NCBI GenBank assembly: GCA_002348265.1
Contig: DEAT01000022.1
Span: forward strand, 131,792-195,791
From: Gemmatimonadales bacterium UBA2975
GTDB lineage: Bacteria > Gemmatimonadota > Gemmatimonadetes > Longimicrobiales > Gaopeijiaceae
Length of the DNA stretch: 64,000 bases
Reading direction: 5' to 3'
Shown: positions 17,890 through 27,405 of the stretch, one piece after another
How positions within the stretch are numbered: the stretch's first letter is position 1
Layout of the letters: every line of letters starts with the position of its first letter
Notes under the pieces: generated by a model
What the model was told of the DNA's origin: nothing
The model's database searches: none
What the model saw: the letters and a program-made list of their open reading frames with translations, nothing else
Translations under genes and position numbers: made by a program

Positions 17890-19269
17890 TTACGAGCTGT
17901 TCTCGACCTTGACTAGCTTGTGATACAGCCGTGCCAGAGCACCGATTCCTTTTTCATAATTGTCTATCGGGAACCACTCGTTTGGCGCGTGTAGGTTGCA
18001 TCCTGGGAGAGAAAATCCTACTAGGAGTGCGTTCGCATCCAACTTTTCTTCGAATTCGATCACTATCGGAATTGAACCTCCGCCACCCATGGGAACCGGC
18101 TTGGTCCCAAACGCTTCCTCCAGTGCTTCTGAAGCTGCTTCGAAGGCCGGACCTTCAACGCTGGTTCGCCATGGTCTCCCTCCGTGGAGATCCAAAACGT
18201 CTACCCGAACACCGGGCAGGTCTAGGCTGGAGATGTGAGCTTTGAGTAGCTGATAGATCCGATCGGGATTCTGGTCCGGAACGAGGCGGAAGCTGACTTT
18301 GGCCATGGCGTGATTAGGGAGCACTGTCTTCGCACCCTCACCAGTGTAGCCCGAGAGAAATCCACATACATCACAGGTAGGACGAATCCATAGGCGCTCC
18401 AGAGTTTCGTACCCGTCTTCTCCTGTCAGCTGATCTAGGTCGAGTGCTTTGGAAAATTCGTCATCTGAGTGGGGTAAACTTGCTATTTCCTCTAGGGTTT
18501 CAGTATCCCATGCGAGCACGTTGTCGTAGAAACCTTCGATCGCTACAGATCCGTCATCTCGATGCAGAGACGCGATGATCCGCGCCAGCATGTTGGCCGG
18601 GTTAGCTACGGCGCCACCGAATTCTCCAGAGTGCAGGTCGCTATTGGCTCCGTGCACGTGGATTTCGAAATATGCTAAGCCACGGAGAGAAAACCCGATC
18701 GAGGGAATCCCTTCAGCGTACATTCCTGTGTCAGAGATTAGCACGACGTCACACGCAAGTTTATCTGCATGTTCTAGTACGAATGGCACAAGGTTCGGCG
18801 AACCCACTTCTTCCTCTCCTTCCGCGATCAAGACGACGTTGACGGGCAATTCTGTTCCTGTGGCGTGGTATGCCTCCAAGGCCTTCACATGCATGTAAAG
18901 CTGACCTTTGTCGTCTGCTGAGCCGCGGCCGTATATCCGCCCATCGCGCTCGCTCGGCTCAAATGGTGGAGAATGCCAGAGCTCCAGAGGGTCTGGTGGT
19001 TGGACATCGTAATGACCGTATATCAGAACCGTTGGGGCGTTCGGATCACCCGTTTGTTTTTCAGCCAAAACGATAGGGTGGCCGGGGGTTTCAAAGACGG
19101 TTGATTTTAGTCCGGCTACAGTCAGTTGCGATGAGAGCCACTCCGCGGCAGCGCGGGTGTCTTGGTCGTACTGAGGGTCGGCACTGACTGAAGGAATGCG
19201 CAGGAAATCGTGAAGCTCAGCACGAAAGCGCCCGAGGTTAGTATCAATGAATCGCTGTACGCCCGACAT
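17890..19269 (-). CDS. M20 family dipeptidase
   Basis: GHYDVQP, YGRGSADDKGQL and EGEEEVGS are metal-binding blocks of peptidase M20/DapE/ArgE. Confidence 0.85.
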   Translation of the reverse strand: MSGVQRFIDTNLGRFRAELHDFLRIPSVSADPQYDQDTRAAAEWLSSQLTVAGLKSTVFETPGHPIVLAEKQTGDPNAPTVLIYGHYDVQPPDPLELWHSPPFEPSERDGRIYGRGSADDKGQLYMHVKALEAYHATGTELPVNVVLIAEGEEEVGSPNLVPFVLEHADKLACDVVLISDTGMYAEGIPSIGFSLRGLAYFEIHVHGANSDLHSGEFGGAVANPANMLARIIASLHRDDGSVAIEGFYDNVLAWDTETLEEIASLPHSDDEFSKALDLDQLTGEDGYETLERLWIRPTCDVCGFLSGYTGEGAKTVLPNHAMAKVSFRLVPDQNPDRIYQLLKAHISSLDLPGVRVDVLDLHGGRPWRTSVEGPAFEAASEALEEAFGTKPVPMGGGGSIPIVIEFEEKLDANALLVGFSLPGCNLHAPNEWFPIDNYEKGIGALARLYHKLVKVENSS

Positions 19270-19300
19270 AGGGGGTGTCCTTCTGCCGGACCCTGGAGCT

Positions 19301-19579
19301 CTAAATGAGCGTGCGCAGGCCCCAGCGATAGATGAAGGTCATGAGGACCGAAAAAGCTACAGCGCCCGCCGTGCCGCCAATACTGAGTGCGAGCGGATCG
19401 AATAGATGAAAAATCCCAACTCCGAGCATACCACCGATCACAGCTGCGAATGCACCAATGAGCATGATGACCTGAGCATGTCCAGGTTGTTCTTCCGGTC
19501 GACTTATGGCGGCGCGCATCAGGAGCCCGATTGCGGCGCCCATGACGATCCAGATGGCGATGCCTATCCAGTTCTGCAT
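19301..19579 (-). CDS. GlsB/YeaQ/YmgE family stress-response membrane protein
   Basis: The 92-aa, Gly-rich, three-helix pattern (WIGIAIWIVMGAAIGLL..., GAFAAVIGGMLG) is typical of the transglycosylase-associated family. Confidence 0.8.
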   Translation of the reverse strand: MQNWIGIAIWIVMGAAIGLLMRAAISRPEEQPGHAQVIMLIGAFAAVIGGMLGVGIFHLFDPLALSIGGTAGAVAFSVLMTFIYRWGLRTLI

Positions 19580-19783
19580 ATGATGACTTGGAGGGTTTAT
19601 GTCAGTCGTTCCGGGGAAATCTCCAAAAAAAGGTATCGGAACCGTGAGGCTGGAACCACCCCAAGAAGGATGGGCGCCCTGAGCTTACTGATTTCTTGCT
19701 ACGCTTGGGATCGAGCGACTTTCGCTAACGTCTGGAACGATTTTTTGATGGTCAGTACTTGTTGGTGTTGAGTGCAATCGGTG

Positions 19784-20437
19784 TTAGGTCTCATCCATTC
19801 TTCGTTTCAGCTCGTCTAGAGATGAATCGACATCTAGAGGTTGTTTTGACGAAAGCTCGTTCAATCCTACGTGAAGGATCTCCTCACTCGACATCTCCTC
19901 GGTCGGGTTGTTGGTCTGATCATCTGTCATGTTCTGGGTCATGCGATTCATGTCGTCGAAGAGTTCCTCAACGTCCGTGATTGATTCATAGGCGGCTGTC
20001 CTCTCGGAGGTGGCGGATAGCGTCTCGATTTTCAGCTGTGCCTCTTTGAAGCGGCTGTGCATCTCGTCGATAGTCTGAGAGCGGAATTCGAGCTCCTCTT
20101 GCAGAGCTCCTGCTTTCTTAAGCAAGATGGTTCGCTGGTGTTTTGCCTTGGACACCCAATCCCCTGCCAGACCAGCTGTTTCCTCGTCGCTGATGGTTCG
20201 CGCCAGTTCTTGGCGTCTTTGTGCCGTCACGATGTTTTCGTCCAGGTCAGCGACTTCCGCCTTTGTCTTTAGGAGTTGGTCGTGCAGCCCAGAGATCTGA
20301 ACTTTCTCATTGATGATCTCCTTCTTCATTTCGATCAAGAGCGTGTTGGCGGTTTCAGAGGCTTGATCCCTGCCCAACTCTTTGTTGAAGTTGTCCAAAG
20401 CTTCTCGGAAGGCTTGGCGCAGTTCGTCGAACATCAA
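19784..20437 (-). CDS. Coiled-coil protein, weakly PspA/IM30-like, acidic C-terminal tail
   Basis: The 217-aa protein is strongly heptad-like and rich in Glu/Lys/Gln, with no TM segment. It lies between the ECF sigma gene and the YeaQ-family gene. The family assignment is tentative. Confidence 0.5.
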   Translation of the reverse strand: MMFDELRQAFREALDNFNKELGRDQASETANTLLIEMKKEIINEKVQISGLHDQLLKTKAEVADLDENIVTAQRRQELARTISDEETAGLAGDWVSKAKHQRTILLKKAGALQEELEFRSQTIDEMHSRFKEAQLKIETLSATSERTAAYESITDVEELFDDMNRMTQNMTDDQTNNPTEEMSSEEILHVGLNELSSKQPLDVDSSLDELKRRMDET

Positions 20438-20534
20438 AAGGCTCCCTTCGGCACTCGCATGCGGACATCGAAGTCAGTCTGTTTATTCCGTTAACGCGGG
20501 TGCAACGGTTTCCTAGAAAGGTGGCCTTGAGTCG

Positions 20535-21161
20535 TCAGTTGAGGAAAGGTTCGATGCGCTGAGCGAAGGAGTTTCGTGCGCGATGTAGACGGCTCTTTAC
20601 CGTACCGAGGTTTACTCCAGTGATGTCCGAAATCTCTTCATAGCTTTTACCCTCTAGCTCTCTCAGGCGGAATACCAGCTGGTGATGCTCTGGGAGCGTC
20701 TGAACCGTATCCTCGACAAGACGACGAAGGTAGCGCTTTCTGTAAAGGTCGTCGGGCTTTGTAGAGTAGTCTTCAAACTGAAGTGGTCGGTGGTCGTCGT
20801 CCCAGTTGTTCGTGAGCCGCTGAAAGAGCACTAGAGGGCTTCTTGAACGATTTCTCAGCTCATTCTTGGAGAGGTTCCCAGCTATGGTGTATACCCAAGT
20901 TGAGAACTTCTTTGATGTATCGAAGCGATGTAAATGCCTGGTCACGCGGATGAATGCTTCCTGGACCAGGTCCTGTGCTCGATCCGAGTCGCCGGTTTTG
21001 CGTGTTATGAAGTGAATGAGACGATCACGATACCTGTCGTAGAGCCGGTGGAATGCTCCTGGACGTCCCTGAAGGTGGGCAGACACAAGCTCTTCGTCCG
21101 TTAGCTCGCCGAGGGAGCGATCGGGGAGATCGTGACTCACGACGACAGTCTGGGTGTTCAT
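20535..21161 (-). CDS. ECF-type (group 4) sigma-70 family sigma factor
   Basis: Region 2 is DLVQEAFIRVTRHLHRFD...FSTWVYTIAGN and region 4 is SYEEISDITGVNLGTVKSRLHRAR. There is an N-terminal extension of ~35 aa. Confidence 0.85.
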   Translation of the reverse strand: MNTQTVVVSHDLPDRSLGELTDEELVSAHLQGRPGAFHRLYDRYRDRLIHFITRKTGDSDRAQDLVQEAFIRVTRHLHRFDTSKKFSTWVYTIAGNLSKNELRNRSRSPLVLFQRLTNNWDDDHRPLQFEDYSTKPDDLYRKRYLRRLVEDTVQTLPEHHQLVFRLRELEGKSYEEISDITGVNLGTVKSRLHRARNSFAQRIEPFLN

Positions 21162-21225
21162 CTTATGTTATATGAAAAAGTTTAAAAAAGGCGAACAGAA
21201 GTTTTACTTGACCAGTAAGATATTA

Positions 21226-21239
21226 GGAACATCTGTTCC
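21226..21239. promoter_or_regulatory. Perfect inverted repeat GGAACA-TC-TGTTCC upstream of the ECF sigma gene
   Basis: Read directly from the sequence. It lies ~65-78 nt upstream of the sigma start (21161, minus strand) and ~27 nt downstream of the E1-alpha stop. On the minus strand it reads GGAACAGATGTTCC and shares an 11-mer with 47071-47081. Confidence 0.3.
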
Positions 21240-21265
21240 CTCAAGGGCTTATCTTAAATTCTTCG

Positions 21266-22384
21266 TCATACGGGACGATTTTCGAGGCCTATAAGGGTGC
21301 TCCCCTCAGAAATCCCCTCGTATAAAGCCTTTTCTGGTGACGGTAATCGGTCGCGTGAGGCTAGGGCTAGGTTAGCTGCCTCATCCATTTCTATGGTGAC
21401 TTCATCCTCAACCTGTGCTAAGCCTGAGGGGTTGATACCTTCTCTGACCAGCCAAGCTTCGAAAAGACCGATCGGGTCGCGTTGTCCCCAGTGCGCGAAC
21501 AACTCCGGCTCAAAGGCTTCACGTGCCTCACGCTCGTCGTGTGTTGCGTGGCCTCCCATACGAAAGGTGTCGGCAACGATCGCGGTAGGCCCCATACCTT
21601 TTCGGCATTGGGCGGCGGCTAAGCGTGTTGCTGCATAGACATCCAGTACATTGTTGCCGTCGCAACTCCATGACTCGATTCCGTACATATGAGGCCATGC
21701 ATGCAGATCTCCAATCCCGTGTGCGTCTGCCCGGGTCCCGAGAGCGACCTGATTGTTTTGGATAACGAAAATGACGGGTAGGTTTTGGACAGCGGCCAAA
21801 TTCAAGCCCTCGTGGCAAGCTGCACATTTTGTCGCGCCGTCACCGATCCACGTCATGGCGACGCGATCCTCACCACGGTTTTTGAATGACAGCGCAACTC
21901 CTGTCATGATGGTGGCACTTGTCCCCATGTGACTGATGGGTTGGATGATCCCAGCTCCCATGTCGCCGATGTGAAGATCGCGACCTCCGCTCGGAGAGTC
22001 CGCAGTGGCGAGGTATCCGCGGAACATGTCAGCCAGTGGCATGCCCATCATGTGCAGGGCGCCAGCGTTTCGTATCATGGGTGACACGATGTCGTGCCGG
22101 GGGTTAAGCGCTCGAACGCTCCCTACAGTTACAGCCTCTTCTCCTGTGCCGAGCCACGCCTTAGAGATCACTCCTGTCCGAACCCATCTCTTCAAGCCGA
22201 TATCGTGGATCCTTGTGAGCAGCAGATCTCTGTAGAGTGAGAGAAAATCCTCCTCCGTCAGTCCTTTGATGACTGCTTCTCGCTTAGCGTCTAATGAGAG
22301 TGTGTGATTAAACTCATCTATGAGCTTAGGATCCGGAGTCCAAGCAAGGTATTCTGGCGGATCGAATGCGGTGTAACGTTTCAT
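21266..22384 (-). CDS. Thiamine-diphosphate-dependent 2-oxoacid dehydrogenase E1 component, alpha subunit
   Basis: The TPP-binding motif is IGDGATKCAACHEGLNLAAVQNLPVIFVIQNN. The 372-aa length is typical for E1-alpha. Confidence 0.85.
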   Translation of the reverse strand: MKRYTAFDPPEYLAWTPDPKLIDEFNHTLSLDAKREAVIKGLTEEDFLSLYRDLLLTRIHDIGLKRWVRTGVISKAWLGTGEEAVTVGSVRALNPRHDIVSPMIRNAGALHMMGMPLADMFRGYLATADSPSGGRDLHIGDMGAGIIQPISHMGTSATIMTGVALSFKNRGEDRVAMTWIGDGATKCAACHEGLNLAAVQNLPVIFVIQNNQVALGTRADAHGIGDLHAWPHMYGIESWSCDGNNVLDVYAATRLAAAQCRKGMGPTAIVADTFRMGGHATHDEREAREAFEPELFAHWGQRDPIGLFEAWLVREGINPSGLAQVEDEVTIEMDEAANLALASRDRLPSPEKALYEGISEGSTLIGLENRPV

Positions 22385-22656
22385 ACTGTGAACCTAACCT
22401 CCACGGCTAGTAATAGAGAGTCGCAAATTAAGGGGTGCTCACGTTCCATGATGACGGGTTAGTTGGTTATACGCATGATGTCCGGACTGACAGCTTTGAC
22501 TACGTTGAAATAGCTTTAAGCGATTCCTCGGATTCTTCTTCTCTGATGTCGTATCTGGACGGGCGCTATGGCTCGCCCACTTCTTTCCTAAGGTTTCGTT
22601 GCTTCGATTAGCGAGCATCTCAACATTGGCTATTACGTCACCCTTGATCGTGAGCT

Positions 22657-23298
22657 TTGGTGAACGACTCTGAATTCATTCACGCCTCAGTGCCTGGCCT
22701 TCGTCGCGTTAAAGCCGTTGTAGCACTGCGGTTGTTGGAGGTTATGAGGGATATGGACCTGCCGATTGAGCTCCTAGGAGCTGAAAATCCCTCGCTAACA
22801 ATTCCTAGGCGATTCGGGCTCAGTGAGGTTGTTGAGCGACAGATCCGCAAGTATCGGGCCGATATTGGAAACCGCACCCGTATTTCGGACGAAGAGGTTC
22901 AAGGATTGCTCAGGTTTGTAGTCCGTAGGCCGGATGGGGCGCAGGTATTCTACACCGTGGGGAGATTGTTAGGACGTGTTCAGAAGGGACCGTGGATGAT
23001 AGGACATCTGCCTAAAGGAATTCAATACAGAGTTGTTCGATATCGTGTCCGTAGGTTACTCGTGCGTCTGTTCGGTCGGACTATTGTGGGGTTCGCTCAG
23101 GGACATTTTGTCATTGAGGGCCGGTCTTCGCTTTTAGTGCAGGCCGATCCGGGAGGGGACGCCTGCCGGCTTTTGAGCGGGCTGTCTGAAGAAGTAATAT
23201 CTCGCACGTTGGGTAGTCCTATCTCCGTGGACCACACGTTGTGTCAAGGACGTGGTGACGATCGTTGCAGATGGCAGATCGAGTCCAAAGTCTGCTGA
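22657..23298 (+). CDS. Hypothetical protein with C-terminal V4R-like Cys motif
   Basis: The C-terminus ...DHTLCQGRGDDRCRWQIE resembles the C-x-G-x3-C-x-F/W ending of V4R (4-vinyl reductase) small-molecule-binding domains. The start codon is uncertain (TTG 22657). Confidence 0.45.
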   Translation: MVNDSEFIHASVPGLRRVKAVVALRLLEVMRDMDLPIELLGAENPSLTIPRRFGLSEVVERQIRKYRADIGNRTRISDEEVQGLLRFVVRRPDGAQVFYTVGRLLGRVQKGPWMIGHLPKGIQYRVVRYRVRRLLVRLFGRTIVGFAQGHFVIEGRSSLLVQADPGGDACRLLSGLSEEVISRTLGSPISVDHTLCQGRGDDRCRWQIESKVC

Positions 23299-23358
23299 AC
23301 TTTAATAGGGAAAGAGAGTACGGGAATCCAAGTGGCACTTAGTTCAGTTAGGACGACT

Positions 23359-23820
23359 TCAATCCATGAGCACTCGGTGCACCCGGAAGATACAAAGGTC
23401 CTGCACCACCGTTCGATCTTCGGCCCGCGCAGCTTCTACTGCCGGGACAGAGCGAATTCCAGTCTGAAGCCAGATAGCTGGTTTTTGAGGATGGCGAACG
23501 GCTTTTTCTATTAACGAACCGGCTTCGGCATCTGGTCGAAAAATCAACACGAGATCTATTGGTTCCGTTACGCTTTCTAGGTGTGGAAAGCTCACTCTTC
23601 CTAGTAGTCTTTCAGCATTAGGGTTGACCGGGATCACATCGTATCCTTTCGCTGCAAGGTAGGACGGTACTCTGCGAGCCGGTTTTTCTAGATTTCGGGA
23701 TAGCCCAACAACAGCGATATGGTGCACCTCTCCCATGAGCCGGACCAAGCACTCGGGCGAGGGGTTCTTGTCGTCGGACGAGTTGTCCAAGAGATGCTGA
23801 AGTTCTGCCAAGCGGTTCAC
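23359..23820 (-). CDS. CoA-binding domain protein (YccU/YneT-like)
   Basis: HIAVVGLSRNLEKPARRVPSYLAAKGYDVIPVNP is the canonical CoA_binding_2 N-terminal block. Confidence 0.8.
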   Translation of the reverse strand: MNRLAELQHLLDNSSDDKNPSPECLVRLMGEVHHIAVVGLSRNLEKPARRVPSYLAAKGYDVIPVNPNAERLLGRVSFPHLESVTEPIDLVLIFRPDAEAGSLIEKAVRHPQKPAIWLQTGIRSVPAVEAARAEDRTVVQDLCIFRVHRVLMD

Positions 23821-23987
23821 AATTAGCGAGCTTACGCACGGGCATCGTGACTCGCAACATTCGAGCTATTGAATTGGGTGTTGGAGTTTCGACATCATGA
23901 GCTCTAAGCAGTGGGGCTCGTGCGTCATATAGGCGTGTTCGCCCTATGGAAAGGCCATTGTGACACGGGCTGGTGTGCTTGAAGTGG

Positions 23988-24425
23988 TCACGCGTACCCG
24001 TAGATCTGGTAAAGCAGCAGGTATACGAGCAGGCCGGTTGCAGAGACGTAAGTCCAGACCGGAAAGACGAAGCGCGCGAGGCGCTTGTGCTCCTCAAATC
24101 GTGCGTGCTTGACGAGCCATAGCAACCGCAGAATGAACGGGAGCATGAGTATGGCAAGCGTTATATGACTGAACAAAATCGACAGATAAACCAGACGAGC
24201 TAGACCTTCGCCTGCGAATTGGTGGGTCCCTGTTAACAGCACTCGGGCTATGTAGAACACTAGGAATAGCGCTGATGCACCGACGGCGGTGAGCATGGCT
24301 TGCTTGTGTTTATCGATAACCTTCCGACGAACGAAGACGAATCCAGTTATTAGGGCGCCAGCGCTCATCGCGTTCAGGCTGGCATTGATTAGGGCAAGAA
24401 GATCTCCAACCTCGGTTACATTCAT
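23988..24425 (-). CDS. DUF420 family membrane protein
   Basis: The protein is 145 aa with four TM helices, and contains HKQAMLTAV and HKRLARFVFPVWTYVSATG. Its start overlaps the ctaA stop by 4 nt. DUF420 is commonly linked to heme-copper oxidase biogenesis genes. Confidence 0.72.
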   Translation of the reverse strand: MNVTEVGDLLALINASLNAMSAGALITGFVFVRRKVIDKHKQAMLTAVGASALFLVFYIARVLLTGTHQFAGEGLARLVYLSILFSHITLAILMLPFILRLLWLVKHARFEEHKRLARFVFPVWTYVSATGLLVYLLLYQIYGYA

Positions 24426-25363
24426 CTTGTGTGCGATGGGCCTAATGTCTTGACGTTAGCGTTCGAGCGGGTCCCCACTGTGGCGATACCCACGAGTATG
24501 CTGAGTAGGGCGGCGGCCACTAGAGTGTGAAGCGATACCGGCGGAATAGCCAAGATGGTCAGTACCGACGCAACCCCCAGCAGAAGCTGGATCACCAGGA
24601 GTCCGACAGCGACCCTCACTAATCGTTGCACGTTATTGGGGATTTCGGATCTAGTCTTGGTCCATGCGTACAAATAGATGACAGTTCCACTCGTCACTAC
24701 TGCCATGGTCCGGTGCAGGAAGTGCGATGTGATTTGGATGTTAACTAGCGGGGGGACAATCTGACCGAGACAGAGCGGAATATCCGGACACGACATTCCG
24801 CCATCGGTGTGGCGGACCAGTGCACCGATGACTGACTGCACAAAGACCACCACGGCTGCGATTGTCGCGTATACCGTCAGCTTGGTGCCGTCCGATCGGC
24901 TTAGACCTTTAATAGCGGGTGGCGATTTTGAGTTCGTCGATCCGTGTGTCGCGACTGCTAGGACGGTTGCAAGAGAGAGAAAGATAAATGCGAGGCTGAG
25001 GTGGGTCGTGGAGATTAGGTCCGGTAGCCTGTATATGACAGTCAGCCCTCCGAAAAGCGACTGTATGAGTAGTAACCCTAAGCCCACAAGAGACATGCGG
25101 AATATCCAGGGCCGATCGGATGTTTCTTTTCTAGCTAGCCACGTGGCTAGAATGAACATTAAGACGAGGCCGCCGGCTACCAATCTGTGGAGGTGTTCCC
25201 AGAAGACACCACCGGTCATTTCCGGCATCATGGTACCAAAGCATGTTGGCCAATCCGGGCACGCCAGGCTGGATTCTGTCGCGTGGACAATGCTGCCGAG
25301 GAAGAGCAGTCCTAGTGTCCATACTACTGTGACCTTGTAGGCCCTTGGGTGGAGCACAGTCAT
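24422..25363 (-). CDS. ctaA: Heme A synthase (COX15/CtaA family)
   Basis: The protein is polytopic, with paired Cys (CPDWPTC, CPDIPLC) and His motifs (WEHLHRL, SHFLHRT) characteristic of CtaA. Confidence 0.85.
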   Translation of the reverse strand: MTVLHPRAYKVTVVWTLGLLFLGSIVHATESSLACPDWPTCFGTMMPEMTGGVFWEHLHRLVAGGLVLMFILATWLARKETSDRPWIFRMSLVGLGLLLIQSLFGGLTVIYRLPDLISTTHLSLAFIFLSLATVLAVATHGSTNSKSPPAIKGLSRSDGTKLTVYATIAAVVVFVQSVIGALVRHTDGGMSCPDIPLCLGQIVPPLVNIQITSHFLHRTMAVVTSGTVIYLYAWTKTRSEIPNNVQRLVRVAVGLLVIQLLLGVASVLTILAIPPVSLHTLVAAALLSILVGIATVGTRSNANVKTLGPSHTR

Positions 25364-27288
25364 GTTGTCTCGGCCGGCTCCGATTCATAGGTGTCTTTTG
25401 CTTCGCTCGATTCCGCAAGAGTACCCAGCTCTCGATATGTCGCTAGAGAAATAACCCCTTGTTCGAGCCAACTGAGGTCTCCGGCGAGGCAGCTTTGAGC
25501 AACTCCATAAGTTGCTAGGTCGTCGTTCCGGAAGACTGAGCGGAATGTGGCCGAGATCCGACGACGAGACTGCCTGCAGAAGACATCTGCGAGAGCTTCA
25601 GCTCCAAAATCGCCTTCGTGTCGCTGCTGTATGGTTTTCGCGTATATCACACTAGCTGTCATAACGAGTAATTCGGACCCAATGTCTACAACTCGGCCCA
25701 AAACAGCCTGACGCTTCTCCAGTCCTGGTCCGAAACGCAACATCGTGTGGAAGGTCTTACGGGCTAGGCGACGCGAGGTTCGTTCGACGTAGCGGAGGTG
25801 TTTTGCTAGTGAACCGAACTCGTGATAGCGAGGCCATGCACTCCATCCAAGGAATCGTGTTGGATACCACCAAGCGTAGAAGAGTCCAGCCTTAACCAGC
25901 GCGACTAGCTTGGCTGTGAAAGGGGCGCTTGGGTTTACTAGGTCTCCTGCGACCGAAAAGTGTCTATCCACCGCCTCTCGAGCGATAAACAGGCGCATGA
26001 TCTCGGATGAGCCTTCAAAGATCGTGTTGATACGCATGTCACGAAGCCAGCGTTCTACCGGATACGAAACCTCACCTCGGGCCTTGAGAGATCCATGCGT
26101 CTCGTAACCACGTCCACCTCGCACTTGCAGAGCGTCATTGACTAGGTCCCACCCAGTTTCTGTACCCCACAACTTTGCAACTGCCGCCTCAAGCCGGATG
26201 TCGAAGTCTCCTGAGTCTGACATCGCTCCGATGATTTCGACCAGCGCTTCGAGTGCAAAGGTGTCCGCTGCCATTTTGCCGATCATCTGGGCGACAGCGT
26301 CGTGCTGCCCGACCGGAAGGCCCCACTGCACTCGGCTACCCGCCCAGTCCCGAACCATCTCAAGGCTATTCTTTCCGGCTGAGGCGCAAAAGGCTGGGAG
26401 CGCTAGACGCCCGGTATTGAGAGTTATCAGTGCGAGCTTTAGGCCTTTGCCTTCACCCCAGAGGAGGTTTTCGCACGGAACCTTAACGTTCGTGAATCGG
26501 AGGGCTCCGTTCGATAGGGCACGCAATCCCATAAACGAGCACTCGTCGAGCGTTTCTACCCCGTCCCATTCGGTTTCTACGATAAATGCAGTAATTGGCT
26601 TGCGTGTTGAGCCCTCTGGAGCGGGTGTCCTCGCCATGACGACGATGATTTCGGCGCGTGGGCCGTTCGTTGTCCAAAGTTTCTCGCCGTTGAGGATCCA
26701 GTGTGAGCCATCGTCTGCGAGTTGCGCTGTAGTCGAGAGGTTGGCTGGATCCGATCCCACGTCGTGCTCGGTTAGGGCGAAGGCTGACAGAGCTCCACCG
26801 GCAAGCTTCGGTAGATATCTATTTTTCTGCTCCTCGGTCCCGAATTTGAGCAGTGGACCGGGGACTCCTATGCTTTGATGTGCCGAGAGGAAGGCACCAG
26901 TTGCTGCACACCGGGACGAGACGATAGTGAGCGCTCGATTGTATGAGACCTGTGAGAGTTCTAGGCCTCCATATTTCCTAGGGATTTTGATTCCAAAGGC
27001 GCCCAATGCGGCGAGGCCGTCTAGAACGTCCTGAGGAACCCAACCTTCCTTGTCGTGCGTATCTCCGTCGACATGCTTACGAACGAACTCTTCGAGTTCC
27101 TTGAGGAACACTCCCGCACGCTTTTGTTCTTCCGGGTCTGGAGTTGGGGTTGGGTAAATCAGGCTGAGATTGAGTTTCCCCTCGAACAAGGCTTTCGCAA
27201 AGCTGTTTTTTTCCCACTCTTGCTCACGCGCCTGTTCGGCGACGGCACGAGATTCGAGTTCGCTTGCGAGTTTGCTTTCTTCGGCCAT
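25360..27288 (-). CDS. Long-form acyl-CoA dehydrogenase family protein
   Basis: The ACAD middle and C-terminal blocks are present (LTEHDVGSDP, GGRGYE, RINTIFEGSSEIMRLFIARE), plus a ~200-aa C-terminal extension. Confidence 0.85.
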   Translation of the reverse strand: MAEESKLASELESRAVAEQAREQEWEKNSFAKALFEGKLNLSLIYPTPTPDPEEQKRAGVFLKELEEFVRKHVDGDTHDKEGWVPQDVLDGLAALGAFGIKIPRKYGGLELSQVSYNRALTIVSSRCAATGAFLSAHQSIGVPGPLLKFGTEEQKNRYLPKLAGGALSAFALTEHDVGSDPANLSTTAQLADDGSHWILNGEKLWTTNGPRAEIIVVMARTPAPEGSTRKPITAFIVETEWDGVETLDECSFMGLRALSNGALRFTNVKVPCENLLWGEGKGLKLALITLNTGRLALPAFCASAGKNSLEMVRDWAGSRVQWGLPVGQHDAVAQMIGKMAADTFALEALVEIIGAMSDSGDFDIRLEAAVAKLWGTETGWDLVNDALQVRGGRGYETHGSLKARGEVSYPVERWLRDMRINTIFEGSSEIMRLFIAREAVDRHFSVAGDLVNPSAPFTAKLVALVKAGLFYAWWYPTRFLGWSAWPRYHEFGSLAKHLRYVERTSRRLARKTFHTMLRFGPGLEKRQAVLGRVVDIGSELLVMTASVIYAKTIQQRHEGDFGAEALADVFCRQSRRRISATFRSVFRNDDLATYGVAQSCLAGDLSWLEQGVISLATYRELGTLAESSEAKDTYESEPAETT

Positions 27289-27405
27289 GACAATGTTCCG
27301 GCTGAGCTTGCGTTAAGGGCACAGGCTAGAGGAGCAACTGTTTGATGCTTAGAGGGCTTGAGAGACCTTGGAACCGTACTACCCCTGTCAGATGAGGTGG
27401 TGCCT

